Shown here: piece after piece, positions 1 through 43,200 of the stretch
Layout of the letters: each line of letters starts with the position of its first letter
Numbering within the stretch: position 1 is the first letter of the stretch
Assembly: GCA_030141605.1 (NCBI GenBank)
Contig: JAQGDQ010000077.1
Location: forward strand, 372,001-436,000
Direction: 5' to 3'
DNA length: 64,000 bases
From: Tubiluchus corallicola
Taxonomy: Eukaryota; Animalia; Priapulida
Program-made: the position numbers and the translations under genes
The notes under the pieces: generated by a model
Database searches by the model: none
What the model was told of the DNA's origin: nothing
What the model saw: the letters and a program-made list of their open reading frames with translations, nothing else

Positions 1-735
1 TACATGTACGTATAATTTTATTTACAGTGGTGTTCTGCACAGTGTAGAGTATTTGAAATATCATTCTACTGTTATAATGAAGTCATCATTCACATTGACA
101 CTAGTCCGAAAGTACTTGAGCATGCATATCCCTTTAGACGTGTCTGCCTGCAAAGTCTGTAACACATTATAAAATAATAATAGTATGCTAAGCATACTAT
201 TAGCTACCATGTTATCCATATAGGATCTACTGCTTGCCCTACTTCTAGTGGTGAGCATTCTCTATCAGAAAAAAGCCTATTCGAATCAAATCGAATTCGA
301 ATTGGGTTTGAAAGATTTTCGAACAAGTTTTCAAACCTCCAGCAGAAGCGGTCTTACAGAGATCACGCATATATTACTAGATTTTGTTCTGCAATAAAAC
401 CACCAATAATTTGCTTAAAAATTGTGAGCAGAAATCACTGCTAAATCATGCTGGATGTTTCAAACGTGTAAGGAACTTATGTAATTGAAGTGCTGAATTA
501 TTCGAACTAAAAAAATTAGATTCGCACGTTCGATGCTCACACCACTCCTACCTATTACTGACGCTGGCCGGTGGGTTCATTGCCATAGACAGTATTTTGC
601 CAATGCGCGCCGTGCGCTGAGTCGCTAACGTTGACCTGTCTCTAGCATTCCGCCACTCTCACTCATTTTTCAGGATTTCGAAGTGTGAAACACATGGTGG
701 AACAGCCGCAAACTTCGCAAAGATTATAAAACGGC

Positions 736-30751
<30,016 letters not shown>

Positions 30752-31314
30752 TTTGGAATTGTGCAGTCACTTTAGTGTGTGCTAATAGTTGTAGTCATTT
30801 TAATAGAACTCAGGAATATACTGATGAAGTTTTATGCATCAGTGATTAGGAGTATCGTTTGGAATAATAGTTTGCGGAAGTAGTTTTTGCGTCAGTGATG
30901 TTTGGTCACTAGTTATAGTTTTCATTTTTGAGCATTTGTGACAGTGGTTGCTTAGCATGCTGGATGAGTTTGGTGCAAGTTGAGAAGAGACCATTTTATT
31001 GAGGAAAGTATTGTTTTACGGAGTCAGGAAATATGTCTCCTTATTGTGGACTTGCAAATGTGCAAATTGTTGGTTTTAGATTGCCAAGTGATACATGAAT
31101 ATTGTTACATTCCAAAGATGTTCGTATGTAACTACACCGAGTGCACACGTGGAAACACGATTATTAATGTGGTACATAATCATAAACATAAATGATGAGT
31201 GTTTTGAAAAATATCTGCTATCACGACTGGTGGAACAGTGAATTATTTCTAATTATTGTCTTTTAAAACTGGTATTTCTGTACTTGAGTATCACCAAATT
31301 AGTTGCATAAATTT

Positions 31315-32348
31315 CATATTTAGAGTAATAAAGTGAGATTGAATATTTTATTTTAACTAATTTTGTGCATCATGTAATCAATAAGTGCAACAAGTTGTTT
31401 AACATTCAGTCAGTGCTTGTACTATGTTTAAACTATGCACACTTGTTCTAGTTATAGGTCAGTGACATCAGCCACCACATTTCCTAGAATCAACGTTAAT
31501 AAAAATGCATCATGTTTGTTTATTATTTGTTGAAGGTATAAATAAATGTTCTTGAATGTGATCGTATAGTTTTATTCTAGTATATGATCATCCATAGTAA
31601 TATTAACACTGAGAAGCATTCTTCTATGACGAGAGCAAATACACAAGTTGAGCACAAGTGTCTAAACCATAATCCTTCTCACAGCAACATTCTGCAGCTG
31701 TTTATATATACCTTAGTGAGAGTGTTATTCTTAGTTTATGATATCAATTCTATTCTTAGAATGATCCTCCTGACAGCAGAAAATTGTCCTCTGCTGATTT
31801 GTCACCTTGGTAGTGGTCCTCTGCTGACTTGTTAGTTAGTGGTCGATGTCTGTATTTAAGGCTCTGACATCAGTTCTATCTTTAGGTCTCCTAGTGACTC
31901 TCTGGTTAGTGCTTGACTCGTATTGGTCATTGCAGCTGCTTGCAGATTGGCTGTATGGGCGGGAGTTTGCTAGGCTGTTTCCAAGAAGTGAGGAAATGAG
32001 CTCAGCGGGCCATTGCCCTAAAGTGGCTGTTTCCAAGAAGTGGATGGGTCCTTGCTGTTCTTCATCGCCCTGTAACATTTGCTAAAAAGTGTGTGCAGCT
32101 GGTCATTGCTATTTCCAGGAAGTAAGTAAATGAGCACAATGGTTCATTGCCCTGATGCAGCTGTTAGTTGATTCTAGGAAATGGGGTAGCTGATGTCACT
32201 GACCGCTAACTCGAACAAGTGTGCATAATTTAAGCATAGTATAAGCACAGACTCAATGTTAAACAACTTGTTGCGCTTACTGATTACATGACGTGCAAAA
32301 TTTGTTAATATAAAATAATTCAATCTCACTCTAGTACTTTAGTATATG
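31315..32348. repeat. Long inverted repeat (about 180-bp arms) 3' of the ABCC1-like stop codon
   Basis: 31315-31494 is an imperfect reverse complement of 32167-32348 (shared blocks include CAACAAGTTGTTTAACATT, GGTCAGTGACATCAGC, ATTTCCTAGAATCAAC); the loop holds degenerate GCTGTTTCCAAGAAGTG repeats. Confidence 0.9.
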
Positions 32349-33127
32349 GTAAAGCTTGAATATTTGAGTATGACTGACGATCAGATTTAAATGTATTTTT
32401 ATTTTGTGTTTGCTTGCATTTTAGGGGTTGGCAATTCATCTTAATAATCATGGAAATCTAGATAAAGTTGGTTTAGATAGCAGTTTGCTGTGGGAATGGC
32501 TTCCTTGTGAAAATGTGTTAGGTTGTTAGACAATTTTAAATGTCTGATTTTCTATGATTTTTCCTATTCACTGAGAGATTATTATAATACTTTTCATGTT
32601 TCATGCTGAGGCTGAGCAGAAATCAGCATAGCCAAAATTATTGCTGTTTCTTCCAAATAATATACTGGCTTTCCTCCTTTATTATTTTGGAAGCATTCTA
32701 GGTAATTAATAGAACGAGTTGTCTGAGTAATTCTTTGCAGATAAACGTTATATTTAAAAAACTTAAGTTTTATTTAAAAGGATATAAATATTCTTATTTG
32801 ATTGTCTATTTGCTTGTTTGTTTGTTGTAACAGAATGCAGAACATAATTGTTATTATCAGATAGTTCAACAAAATGAGTAATGTATAGCCTTAACTTAAA
32901 AATAATACTGTTTTTATTTAAGTTTGTGGTGTAACAGGAAGTTTAATTTCTGTGTAAACATAACTACTAACCTATTTTTTGAGTTTGCACATCTTACTCA
33001 GTGAGGTATGCGTTCCCTAGTCACAGTAGTAGACCATCTAAAAAGCAGTGTTGCAAGTTCTTTATGGTTTTGACCAAGTACATCACAGTGACGTACGTTT
33101 CAATTGACATTCCATAAATCCGTTAAC

Positions 33128-33293
33128 GCGCGTTCAGACTAGAGCATTTTATCTCAACATTTCGCCCAATGAATAGAGCTTGTCTGGAAGAAACTCGCGA
33201 GGGGAATTCTCAGCAACTCTAGGAAAGTTTGCAATAACTTGCCCGGAGAATTCGCAAAGCCGGTCGAGAGAAAACTCTCTAGTCTGAACGCGC
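33128..33293. mobile_element. MITE with perfect 17-bp TIRs
   Basis: GCGCGTTCAGACTAGAG ... CTCTAGTCTGAACGCGC; 166 bp, non-coding; superfamily not assigned. Confidence 0.75.
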
Positions 33294-33472
33294 AATTATT
33301 GTCTATCCTTTTACGTAAATTACTACAGAACTAAGACAATACAAGTACATTAAATCTGCATACTTTAACCTAAAAATCATTAACATTTGAGGATATGGAA
33401 CGCTATAGCTATTAGCAGCAAACACACTTAATTTTTCACTTGGGTGTATCTGTACAGTCATAAAAGTGATAA

Positions 33473-33531
33473 TATAAACCTTGTCCAAACGAGCGGAGCT
33501 GAAAAAGCTGCGGAATGACGTCATCACAGTT
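33473..33531 (+). promoter_or_regulatory. Candidate otopetrin promoter (TATA-like box plus palindromic CRE)
   Basis: TATAAA at 33473 and ATGACGTCAT (full CRE) at 33515-33524, about 3.1 kb upstream of the first coding exon. That exon has its own acceptor at 36664, so at least one non-coding exon must lie upstream. Confidence 0.3.
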
Positions 33532-36500
33532 ATTGTTGCTTTAGGGTTAAGGTATTTTTAACAGTTAGATCTTTCATCCTTTTAATTCTAGTTTTCTTAT
33601 ATTTGCATTTTAATACAAGATGTGCGAAATAAGGCTATAATTTACCATCTAATAGAGGGTCGTCCAGAAAAAAGTTCCTGAAATTAACTCGCAACTTTTT
33701 ATCCTGGTTTAGACTCCACGTTATCGTGTATTCCGTTTTCTCCTCTTTCCAAAGAACTAGTATAAATTTCCCTACAAGGTTACCTGTAAACGTCCTAGCT
33801 GCACTTGGTGTGGGAGGGATGTCTTAACAGATCTAATATCCCATACACCCCCTGTTTGAACGAAAGTGCAAGTTTTTTTAAGATGGGTTATGTTGTGTAT
33901 TAAAGGGTATTAATATCTTATCTGACGAGGTTTAAGGCTGCCTGACAAGATAATTCCTACATAAACACATTAGATAAGCCCATGGTACACTAGGACTATA
34001 CCCACAGCATATGTTTTAAAGTAAGTCAACATACATAATAATAACTTTGCATGAGGACACATGAGTAAGAAGTAATAAAACTTTACAGTTATATTTTTGA
34101 TTGTCAAAGCGCAAGATATAATTATTCAAAGTTTTTTGAGACGCCAGTCACAGAAAGGTATGTAAGCAAAAGTGGAGCTAATGTGCATGAAATGGAATTT
34201 ATCTTTCTTGCTGTAAAATCTATCAATGTTATTTTTCTCTGCATGAGCAGAATCTATAATAAAGGGCTGTGGCTGCCAATAGTAGTACCCTCGAAATTGA
34301 TTTGTGTAAACTCACTGATTATAGATTTAAAATGAATTATGAGATCGTTTTTGTTAAATAAGGTACAACAATTAAACGAATTGGCATTGATAGTGACGCG
34401 CTGCTTTCAAATTCATTAAATTATTTTTAGTAAATTTTTTTATACCACTGGGGCGCTCGTTTTTATCTGTTAGTGATTTTCACAAGATGTTTGCTCACTT
34501 TGTAATCCTACTCATCCTAGTAATTGGTAAAAGTTTACAAGATACTAATAAATAGACAAGTTGAACAAACGTGAATGGAAATTATCGAGCTTAGCCAGTA
34601 CATCGCCGCGGCTTTTTATAACTTCAGGTATATGCGTGTTTTAGCATTATGATTGCAGGTAAATAAAACGGCCCAATCAGGAACTACGAATGCGTTTATT
34701 AAACCTGGTAATTTTGTCTAGAGAACGAATTTTTAGTCTTGCTGTCACTTAGCACGTAGTAGTAGTTTTTATTTTGCATTTTTATTCTTTGTCAGTCGGT
34801 TGAACGCTCTGTAAACGAACAAGTTGAACGAACCTGACTGGAAATTACCGAAACTTGAACGAATTGAACGTTGTAAAAGCTTATTTTGTTGTTTGTCTAA
34901 CCCGACTTAAAATAAACTATACGCTACTCTACTGTACTTTAGTAGAGATAATCGGTTAACTATTGGAGGGAGCAGGCTATACATGCACCTACATTACCAT
35001 CAACTTCGATGAATGAATATCCAACAACTTCGATGATTAATAAATTAAACAAAGGGTCTCGATCTGGTGTCTTCTCCGAATCCGGGCAACTTGGAGAAAT
35101 TGGAAGCGCAAAACCTTATTAGTTTGACAAAATGGGAAACAGCTTAGAGCCGAGCTGGTACCGTTTAGATAGACCGTTCGAGGACGGGATTTCTGATTTC
35201 TACGAATACCTCGAAAGCAAATCCATATGACTTTGTTCGAATCCAGTGACCCTTACGCTTTCTGTTCTGTGCTCTTTGCTGGTTTTAGGTAAGCAGTTTA
35301 ACATTAAAGAGCTACAAAAAGCCGGATGACTGAATAGTACCAAGTTACATTTCTGCGTTTTTTCACTTGGAGAACAACTTGCGTTATTTTATCGGGTACC
35401 TTCTATCGCATAGCTGTCGCTTATTAGGTGGCTTCTGTAGTAGTATATATCCCTAAGTAGTGTTATTAACCCTTGTTAAGTTAAAGATGTATATAAGAAT
35501 AGTAAACAGATACTACGTAGCATGTTTATGGATCACATGTTTACATGTTTTATATTATATGTACGCAAAATTTCGAACTATCGCTAGCGTGATTACATAC
35601 GTGTCGGACTATGGTACTTAAGGGTAAATACAGGTTATACATCTTGGTACTTTCCTTACTCGCCTACGCAGTTACGCAATTGCAGGCCTGGTAATTTTAG
35701 GCCATCGCTGATTTCATCGAAATCGGTGACTATAATCACAAATCTACTAGACAACGCGCAATTAAACAACTATTGGTGTAAACAACGACGTATTGCATAT
35801 GTTCGAATAAGAACTGTAAAAGGCGGATGTTTACTTCACAGTGGTATAAAACCTCTTGATAGCTGATGGCTGTTACATATAATATTGCTGTGTATGTATG
35901 TACCTGTGTCTTATAGTTGGTGTTATAAACACACACACATATACAACTAAGTCTAGCTATTATATACTTTTCTGTTAACTCGTGATCGATTTCAGTTTAA
36001 TTCCGCAAGAAAGCAACGTGAGAGTTCTCAATGTTATACATTAATTTTAATTTTAATAAATAACTTGATAAACGACGATGTAATAAGAAACAACTAAATT
36101 TAAATGTTGTTTGTACATGTAGTACCAAAAATTAATTACGTAGTTAGTTAAGCCAAATTAAGTAACTAATTAATGAACAGTTTTTGCGAAAAACAAGATT
36201 CAGTAACTATGTGGATCACCAAATCAACGTTTTGGTACGTGAATTGATTGTAAAGTATGAAGGTCAGGAAGTTTCATCCACTTAGCTGATAACAGGCGTT
36301 TGTGATACGGTAAAAAGGATGTTATTAAATTTATAAAAAATACCATAATACGTGAATAACGATTCTGAGACTTTGTCATTTCATAAAAAAACATAGTGAG
36401 TTTGAAATTTTTAAAATCAAGATAAAGCTTCGTTCATACAATGTGGCATCGCAATTCTGCATAATATTTTCTGCAACTTGTAAAACGAAATGGCGCAGTG

Positions 36501-36675
36501 ATTCATAGAAAATATCCAGAAACAGTAATTTGCTCGTATAAAACGGGTAAGTCACATAACTTGTAATAGGTAAAGAACATGCGGCTGTACATTGTCATTT
36601 CCACTACTTAACACAAATGCGTATCTCACCTAAATGCAGTAACTTTTCCTTTTTGTGATTTCAGATTCTTTGATT

Positions 36676-39600
36676 ATGGAAGAAGACGAAAATGATCGAA
36701 TCCAGAAAGAATATGGTAGTCCTGATGAAGGGCCCCGTCGCAAGCCAAGTCAGACCTCAGTTAAGCGTGTTTCAGGAGACCCAGGCATTGAAATGCCTGA
36801 CAGTCCACGTGCTACGTTTAATAATGACTACGATAGTGACGATGATGATAAAAGCAACCGCAGTTCACCAGTGATGATACTGACACCAAGCAGTTTAGAT
36901 CTTAACAACAGCAATGTGGATATACCAGAAATGAGGATGACCGAGACAGAACCCAATAAGTTAGTGACTGTCACTGAGCAAGTGGAATTGAAGGCACAAG
37001 GAACTGAATACCAAAATAGTGATCTATTGCGTGTACCAAGGACATCGGGATCACCATCGGGATCACCGTCAAGCCTCACTCGCAGTGCAGAAAGTTCTTT
37101 TCGGCGACCCAGGTCCTCCGAGAGATCGGAACGCTATAGGAAGATCTCTAGCGGAGATAAAAGATTCTCAAGAGGGGAGGTAATCGAAACGATGAGTCTT
37201 GGCAGGTTCCAAAGAAAATCTTCTAAAGAATTGTGGAAATACGCTGCAGACAACATTGGCAGGATTAGATGTTTTTCTACAGGAGGAGAGGTGAAGTTAC
37301 GTCAAGCAGGCAGCTTCAGTAGCACGTTTGTGGATGGTACCAAGAAGTTCAACGTTGTGGCGGTGAAACCTTCATCAAGACAAAGACGGACCAGCGGTAA
37401 GAGTGATGAGGTAAATTTAATTTAATTCTTTAAAATTATCAGTGGCGCTGTAGATCAGAACCACATACCGGACATGCTTGTTTTAAATTTGTGCGCCAGG
37501 AGGTCAGCAAACCAACACCAATCCTGTCCTGAATAAGTCAGTCTGAGACTCATTACATAAATCAGAGTTATCACAATTAAGTTTAACAAGTATCTAACAC
37601 TCACACAAATGAATGAGTCACGTTTATTCATCTTTTTATTTACTTTTTTCCCTTGCTGCTTGTCTACCTGGCTTTACATGTAGAGGCATGAAAAGCAAAA
37701 ATCAAGATCACGCTAAGTTGAAATAGCTAAAATTTTTAAGATCAAATTACGGTCAACTAAGCTGGCGGTGAGTTTGAAAACTATTACCATTATAATCACT
37801 GGTGTCAAAGGTCATGATCACGGTTACCATTATAAATTTGAAAATGACTAATGCTAGTCATCAAGTTACACAGACACTAAATCTGGCATGAATATTAAAA
37901 TGAAAAGTCTAAGACCAGACTATGTTCAAGGAAAGCAAAAGACGGCTCTGTTTTTCTACTGGCCTTTTGTCTTATTGTTAAATGCATGTAGCAGACTGCT
38001 ATAACGCATTTACAGTAATGATATGCACACTAAATATCACCAGTCAGTCAGAATGTTCACCTTAGGGGCCTCTCTATCTAACCTGAATATGAACGTGAAA
38101 GGTGAAAAGCAAGAGGCAATGGTCACAAAGGGAAGTTAGGATTAGCGAATCTAGGCCTGTCTTTCTATTGAAGGTCTGTTCGTTTGTAGTGGCAGGCTAT
38201 TACAATTTTTCGTCTGTTTTTCCCCGATTTTAGAACATTGACGAGAATCCAGATGCACGAAACACATCTAGCGAAAAAGATTTCGACATGACCAATGGAG
38301 TTATTAATCCAGCATACGCCGATTCCCTGTCAGGTATTAGTGCTGTGCTTAAAGTTCGCTATGTAACAAATGGTCATTATGTAAAAATACAACATTAGGT
38401 AGTAAAAGGCGTTACGTGACAAATCAGATTATATTCTGGTCGGATGACAATCACATAACAAGTTTTATGTCATTATGTAAAATTTTTTTCATCATTGTGT
38501 AACAGCCATTTACTAACAAAAATGATGCATTGTGTAAAGGGGTCAATAATGTAAAGTTAGTCGTGGTTTATGGTTGAGTTTTGTCTAGTTCTGGGTGTGT
38601 TCTAAACTTCTAATGCGGGTCTGGATCGGTTTCAGTCGGGTCTAGATGTGGGTCTAGCTCCAGCTCTGTGTAGTCTGCTGTGAGGTTGACGTCTACCTAA
38701 GCTCTACGGTTGGTATGTCAGGGGTCTGGTCTGTTTGAGGTTAGGCCAACGTAGGAATGTAGACCCGCGCCTCGAACATTTCTGCACTATTCTATTTCCC
38801 AATATTTATGCTTGTTTATAAATTCAATAGTTATTGCCATGAGCTAAATATAAATTGAAGGAGAGAGATAAGGAATACCAGTTCTGATGGCGAGATGGCT
38901 ATAATTTTATTCTGGTCAGATCTCACTCAGGTCACTCACACACTCTAGTCATACCTGGCCTGCGGCAGACCAGGCCCCGGCCAGGGGCAGACGCACATCT
39001 CGAACAGAAAAAAGTGGACTCAGTCCAATAATTAGGTCACACCCAGACCGTGATGAGACCTAATCATAGACCAGCCCTACGTTGGCGTATTACACAATGC
39101 ATCATTTTATTATTTATTTACTTACGACTTTTTTATAAATTTTTTCGTCTTTTTCTGAATGCGGAATTATGATGTTTAGGTAATGTAGTCAGGTTTCTAA
39201 ATAGTGCTGTGTTTCTCTTGTTACAAGTAGCGCACTGCTGCTTCTGTTCTGTATTTCAGGTGGTTATGACGGAGATTATCAGCGCGTCCGTGACAGCGAC
39301 ATTCAGCAATCACTTGGAGTTGATGACTATGACGAATTGGCATCAAGATCATCTGATAACACAGTATTCTTCCTAACTACTGAGAAAAAAAATGTTCTTG
39401 TGTATGTAATTAAAATCAATGTAGTATATTAATGTAAATCTTTGGGCGGGATTAAAATCTACCTCACTATCAAGAATAATCTTTTAAGATGCAGAGATAT
39501 CTTAGTCAGACTCGAATGCTAAAGTAAACGGTAGTACAAAAATAAAAAACCAGAAGCCTTTTTTCTGGCGGTCATCTATCCACTCAGCTTTTGCTACGAA

Positions 39601-40222
39601 GCACATATTGCAATCATTCTGCAAATTTTGTCGCCCCTGAAAGACAAGGATGCGAATTGCAAAAACGCGGTTTCTCAGTGGTTTCACCTACCTTGCTGTC
39701 ACTTTTCGTCAAAGGTATTTGCATTCAAATTTCGAATCCGATTGGAAACCTGTAAATTCTGGCACGGACTGCCCATAGATACTAGCCCTATCTGAGATTC
39801 ATCTCATCACAAGGCGCTCTTAAATCTATTCTCATCAGGTACAACAAAATACCAATAAATGGGTCTTCGTAGGCGTATTTTCTCTATTTTAAACTCTTTC
39901 TCTATTCGAATTAGGGTTACTTTATCCGAATCATTGCAGATTTTAAGACAACACTGCTGCTTCAGCAGTTGTTTCTATTACCAGAGCTTAGACTCAGGCT
40001 AATTTACAGACCGGCCTCGGTCAGCAACTGTAAAACTAAGGCTTCGAACCTCTTCACAAAGGGTAAACATTAGCCACTTTTAAGTGGAAGACAAAAACTA
40101 TGTGAATGTAAAGCAGACGATCTCTGGTAAATTATACATACCTTGCCTATTCAGTCTTATTGTATTTTGATTTTTGAACACTGCCGAATACTTGCTTCTC
40201 AAATTGTGAATCCCCCACCGGC

Positions 40223-40290
<68 letters not shown>

Positions 40291-43200
40291 GTATATATAT
40301 ATATTATAGACACAGAGAGAGAGTTACAAACCGGTGTTGGGGATGTCTTCCACGTATATATATATATATAAATTATAGTTATGGGTTAGTCACCATAAAT
40401 GTTGCGGCTATAGTATTGTATGTATGTATAATATAATTTGATAAAAGAACGATCTTTTTCTATATTTCAGTGCGAGTTTGTCAAAATTATTTAGCGTCAT
40501 GTATGCATTGTTTCTGGTCTTCTTCTCTGTGGCAATAGTCATCACACCTCTGCTCATTACCAATCCGCCAAGATACAAGTACCTCTTCAACGTAAGTACA
40601 GTTACTGGTACTCTCAGGTAAATGTTTGCATCACTTCGTCGTGAGAACACTAACCCTGGGAATGAAGATTATCTGCTAGAAATTGATGCAGAAAGAGACC
40701 GAAAGTCAACGCAGAAGAATGCCACGAAGAAAATGATTATACTAAACATCGAGGTCTGACACACATTAACAGGACCGGATTTACCAATAGACCAAGCAAG
40801 CCCATTGGCCTAGGTCCTACGTGTATCTGGAAGGCCCACTGAAACTAATTTAATGTTTGGAGGGACACTAAAACTGTTACACTATCTATAAACGTGTACA
40901 ATAAGTATAGGCCTACAGCGGTCCATACATATTGAAAACTGAAAAAAATATATATATTAGGTGCTGAAACATGTCAACATTTCTATAAATTTTTGTCCCA
41001 CTTACGAGTTTGGCTTAGCGCCCACAAATAGGTAAATCCGAGCAGGCACACAAAGCGGGGCATGATTGTCAAAGGCTGTATGGGAATACAGATGGCGGTT
41101 CTATCAATCAAAGTATGTGTCCTTTCATGCAAATTAAATGCACCTTATCTTCAATGCCTGATATTTAGACCAAATAAAATCGTAAAAAATCATTAAAACA
41201 GTTCGAATGGTGAACTATAATCAAGGTCAGGCTATTATGCAAACAATATCTTATTTTTACCTTATGACTTCAAAGTATATCTGTACATCTACCAGCAAAA
41301 CAAAATTAATAACAGATTAATGCGTCTGTTGCGTTATTCGCATCTCAAACAATATTAATATTTACGTTTCTTATTTTATTTCTAGTCATTTTTCAGTGCC
41401 ATTTTCCTCCTGTCGATATTATGGCTGTCACTTTCCATAATTCGAATCAGAATATTTTTACAGAAGACAAAAGAAAAAGAGATGAAAAGTAAAAAGGTAC
41501 GTGGGCAGGAATGTTTGTAGGGATAATACTGGAGTGTATTGTGCGTTCACTATAGTAATCATATAAATGCACAAAATAATGCGTATTAAATTCGAGTCTG
41601 AAAATTTTTTCACCTGCACTGGGACTCGGACACAAGCCTTTTAATTTTTGAGCAACCATTCTGACCTTCCATGCAGACTCGCAAATTTTCAAATATATAT
41701 ATATATATATAAGCCATTATAGCTCTATCAACGAGGAATCATAGTCCATAGTGCATCAAGAATTGTTTTTGGTTTGTTTACGTTGACCTTAACGATCTTG
41801 AAGTGCTATTAACAAACTCAAATTGTCCGCATCGAATGTCTTAATCTGACATCTCGCATAATTCTATACTCATACCTGTTTGGTGACCTTTACATCAATA
41901 CTTAATAGATCAAATTCAGCAGTATTGTAATTTCATCAAATTTTTGTATGACATTTCTTGACATGTGTATACAAATTGTCCTACATTTGCTTGCACAACT
42001 AACAGCAAAAAGTTTGGGTGCACTACTTTGCACCATAAAAACGGCAACATATGGACTAGTGGTTGGAGTTGTGATTTGCGGAACAAGTCGAAACAACTGG
42101 GAAATGTATCATACCTAAAAGTAGTTACAATAGTGTACACTTATATAGCTAAATGTTTATGTTATGAATTGACTTAGTCATTTTCCTATAATTCTAAATT
42201 ATTAAGAATTAAAATGATTTCCTATAATTGACTATTCAGCTTAAAAACAAGCTTCAAGAGATACAGGTTGGTGATGAAGAATCAGCAATAAAACCCAATG
42301 AAACTATGGAATACTTTGGTTTTCAACATGGCCGCCATGCAGGAAGCACATTCCTTAAATTTGGAGCTGCATGTAAGTAGGGTATTGTTGGATAAGGCAA
42401 AATAATTAGTTTCTTTTATACAGTATGTAGGCCAATGTGGATTAAAAATTGTATAAAATATTACCGACATGGAATATATGAGTGATTATTGTAGCTTGAC
42501 TGAAAACAGCACCAATAAAATTAGGCTATACACACTGCTGTTATCTACATAAATGAATGAAAAGAAAACAAACGTTTTCACTGCTACTGGGTGACACAAT
42601 TAAACAGTGACACTGCTTGTTATCTGCAGCTGAGGCAACATATGTACACAACTTTTTAGGCCATTACCTATAAAAACTACAGAGAGAAAAACTCGAAACT
42701 AGGCTCATGTAAACATCAATCATGATTCAGAATAGAGGTTGATCAGATTAAAGCAATTTTTAAATAAGTGTAACGCATTAAATTTGTAGTATATATATAT
42801 ATGACTAATGTAAACTAGGCTCATGTTGCATTTGCACTTGCACTTGTTGATCTTGGATTTTAAACAGACGGCAGGATATCAACTGAACTTGGATGAGTCT
42901 TTTTTATCATTTCATATATATCATGTATTTCTAAAGTTCGATTTTCAGAACTCAGTTTAAATAAAACAGACTGCAACTCCACATCAAATGGATGGTCTGG
43001 TAGTAACTCAGGACAAACATCATGAATTTGCTTTTCCTCAGAATCACAGACTGGCTTTGATTGCAATTCAGTGTTGTTGTTATTATCTTTAAAATGATTC
43101 AAAAAATCTCCAGTGGTATCAGCCTTTTTTTGGTAGCATTTTCGAATTTCGCTACTTTCATAAATATCAAAATAGTCTAATATTTTTTTAATGGTGGTAT

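Noticed and set aside
246-546. TTCGAA-rich segment upstream of the ABCC start, resembling heat-shock elements
   Set aside because: Bounded by imperfect inverted termini (TAGTGGTGAGCAT / ATGCTCACACCACT), so more likely an old MITE; a regulatory role cannot be supported from sequence alone
38350-39125. Scattered inverted matches (ATGATGCATTGTGTAA / TTACACAATGCATCAT; GCCAACGTAGG / CCTACGTTGGC)
   Set aside because: Probably decayed nested repeats; boundaries and TSDs could not be defined
40098-40436. IYIYIY ORFs on both strands
   Set aside because: Translations of a (TA)n microsatellite
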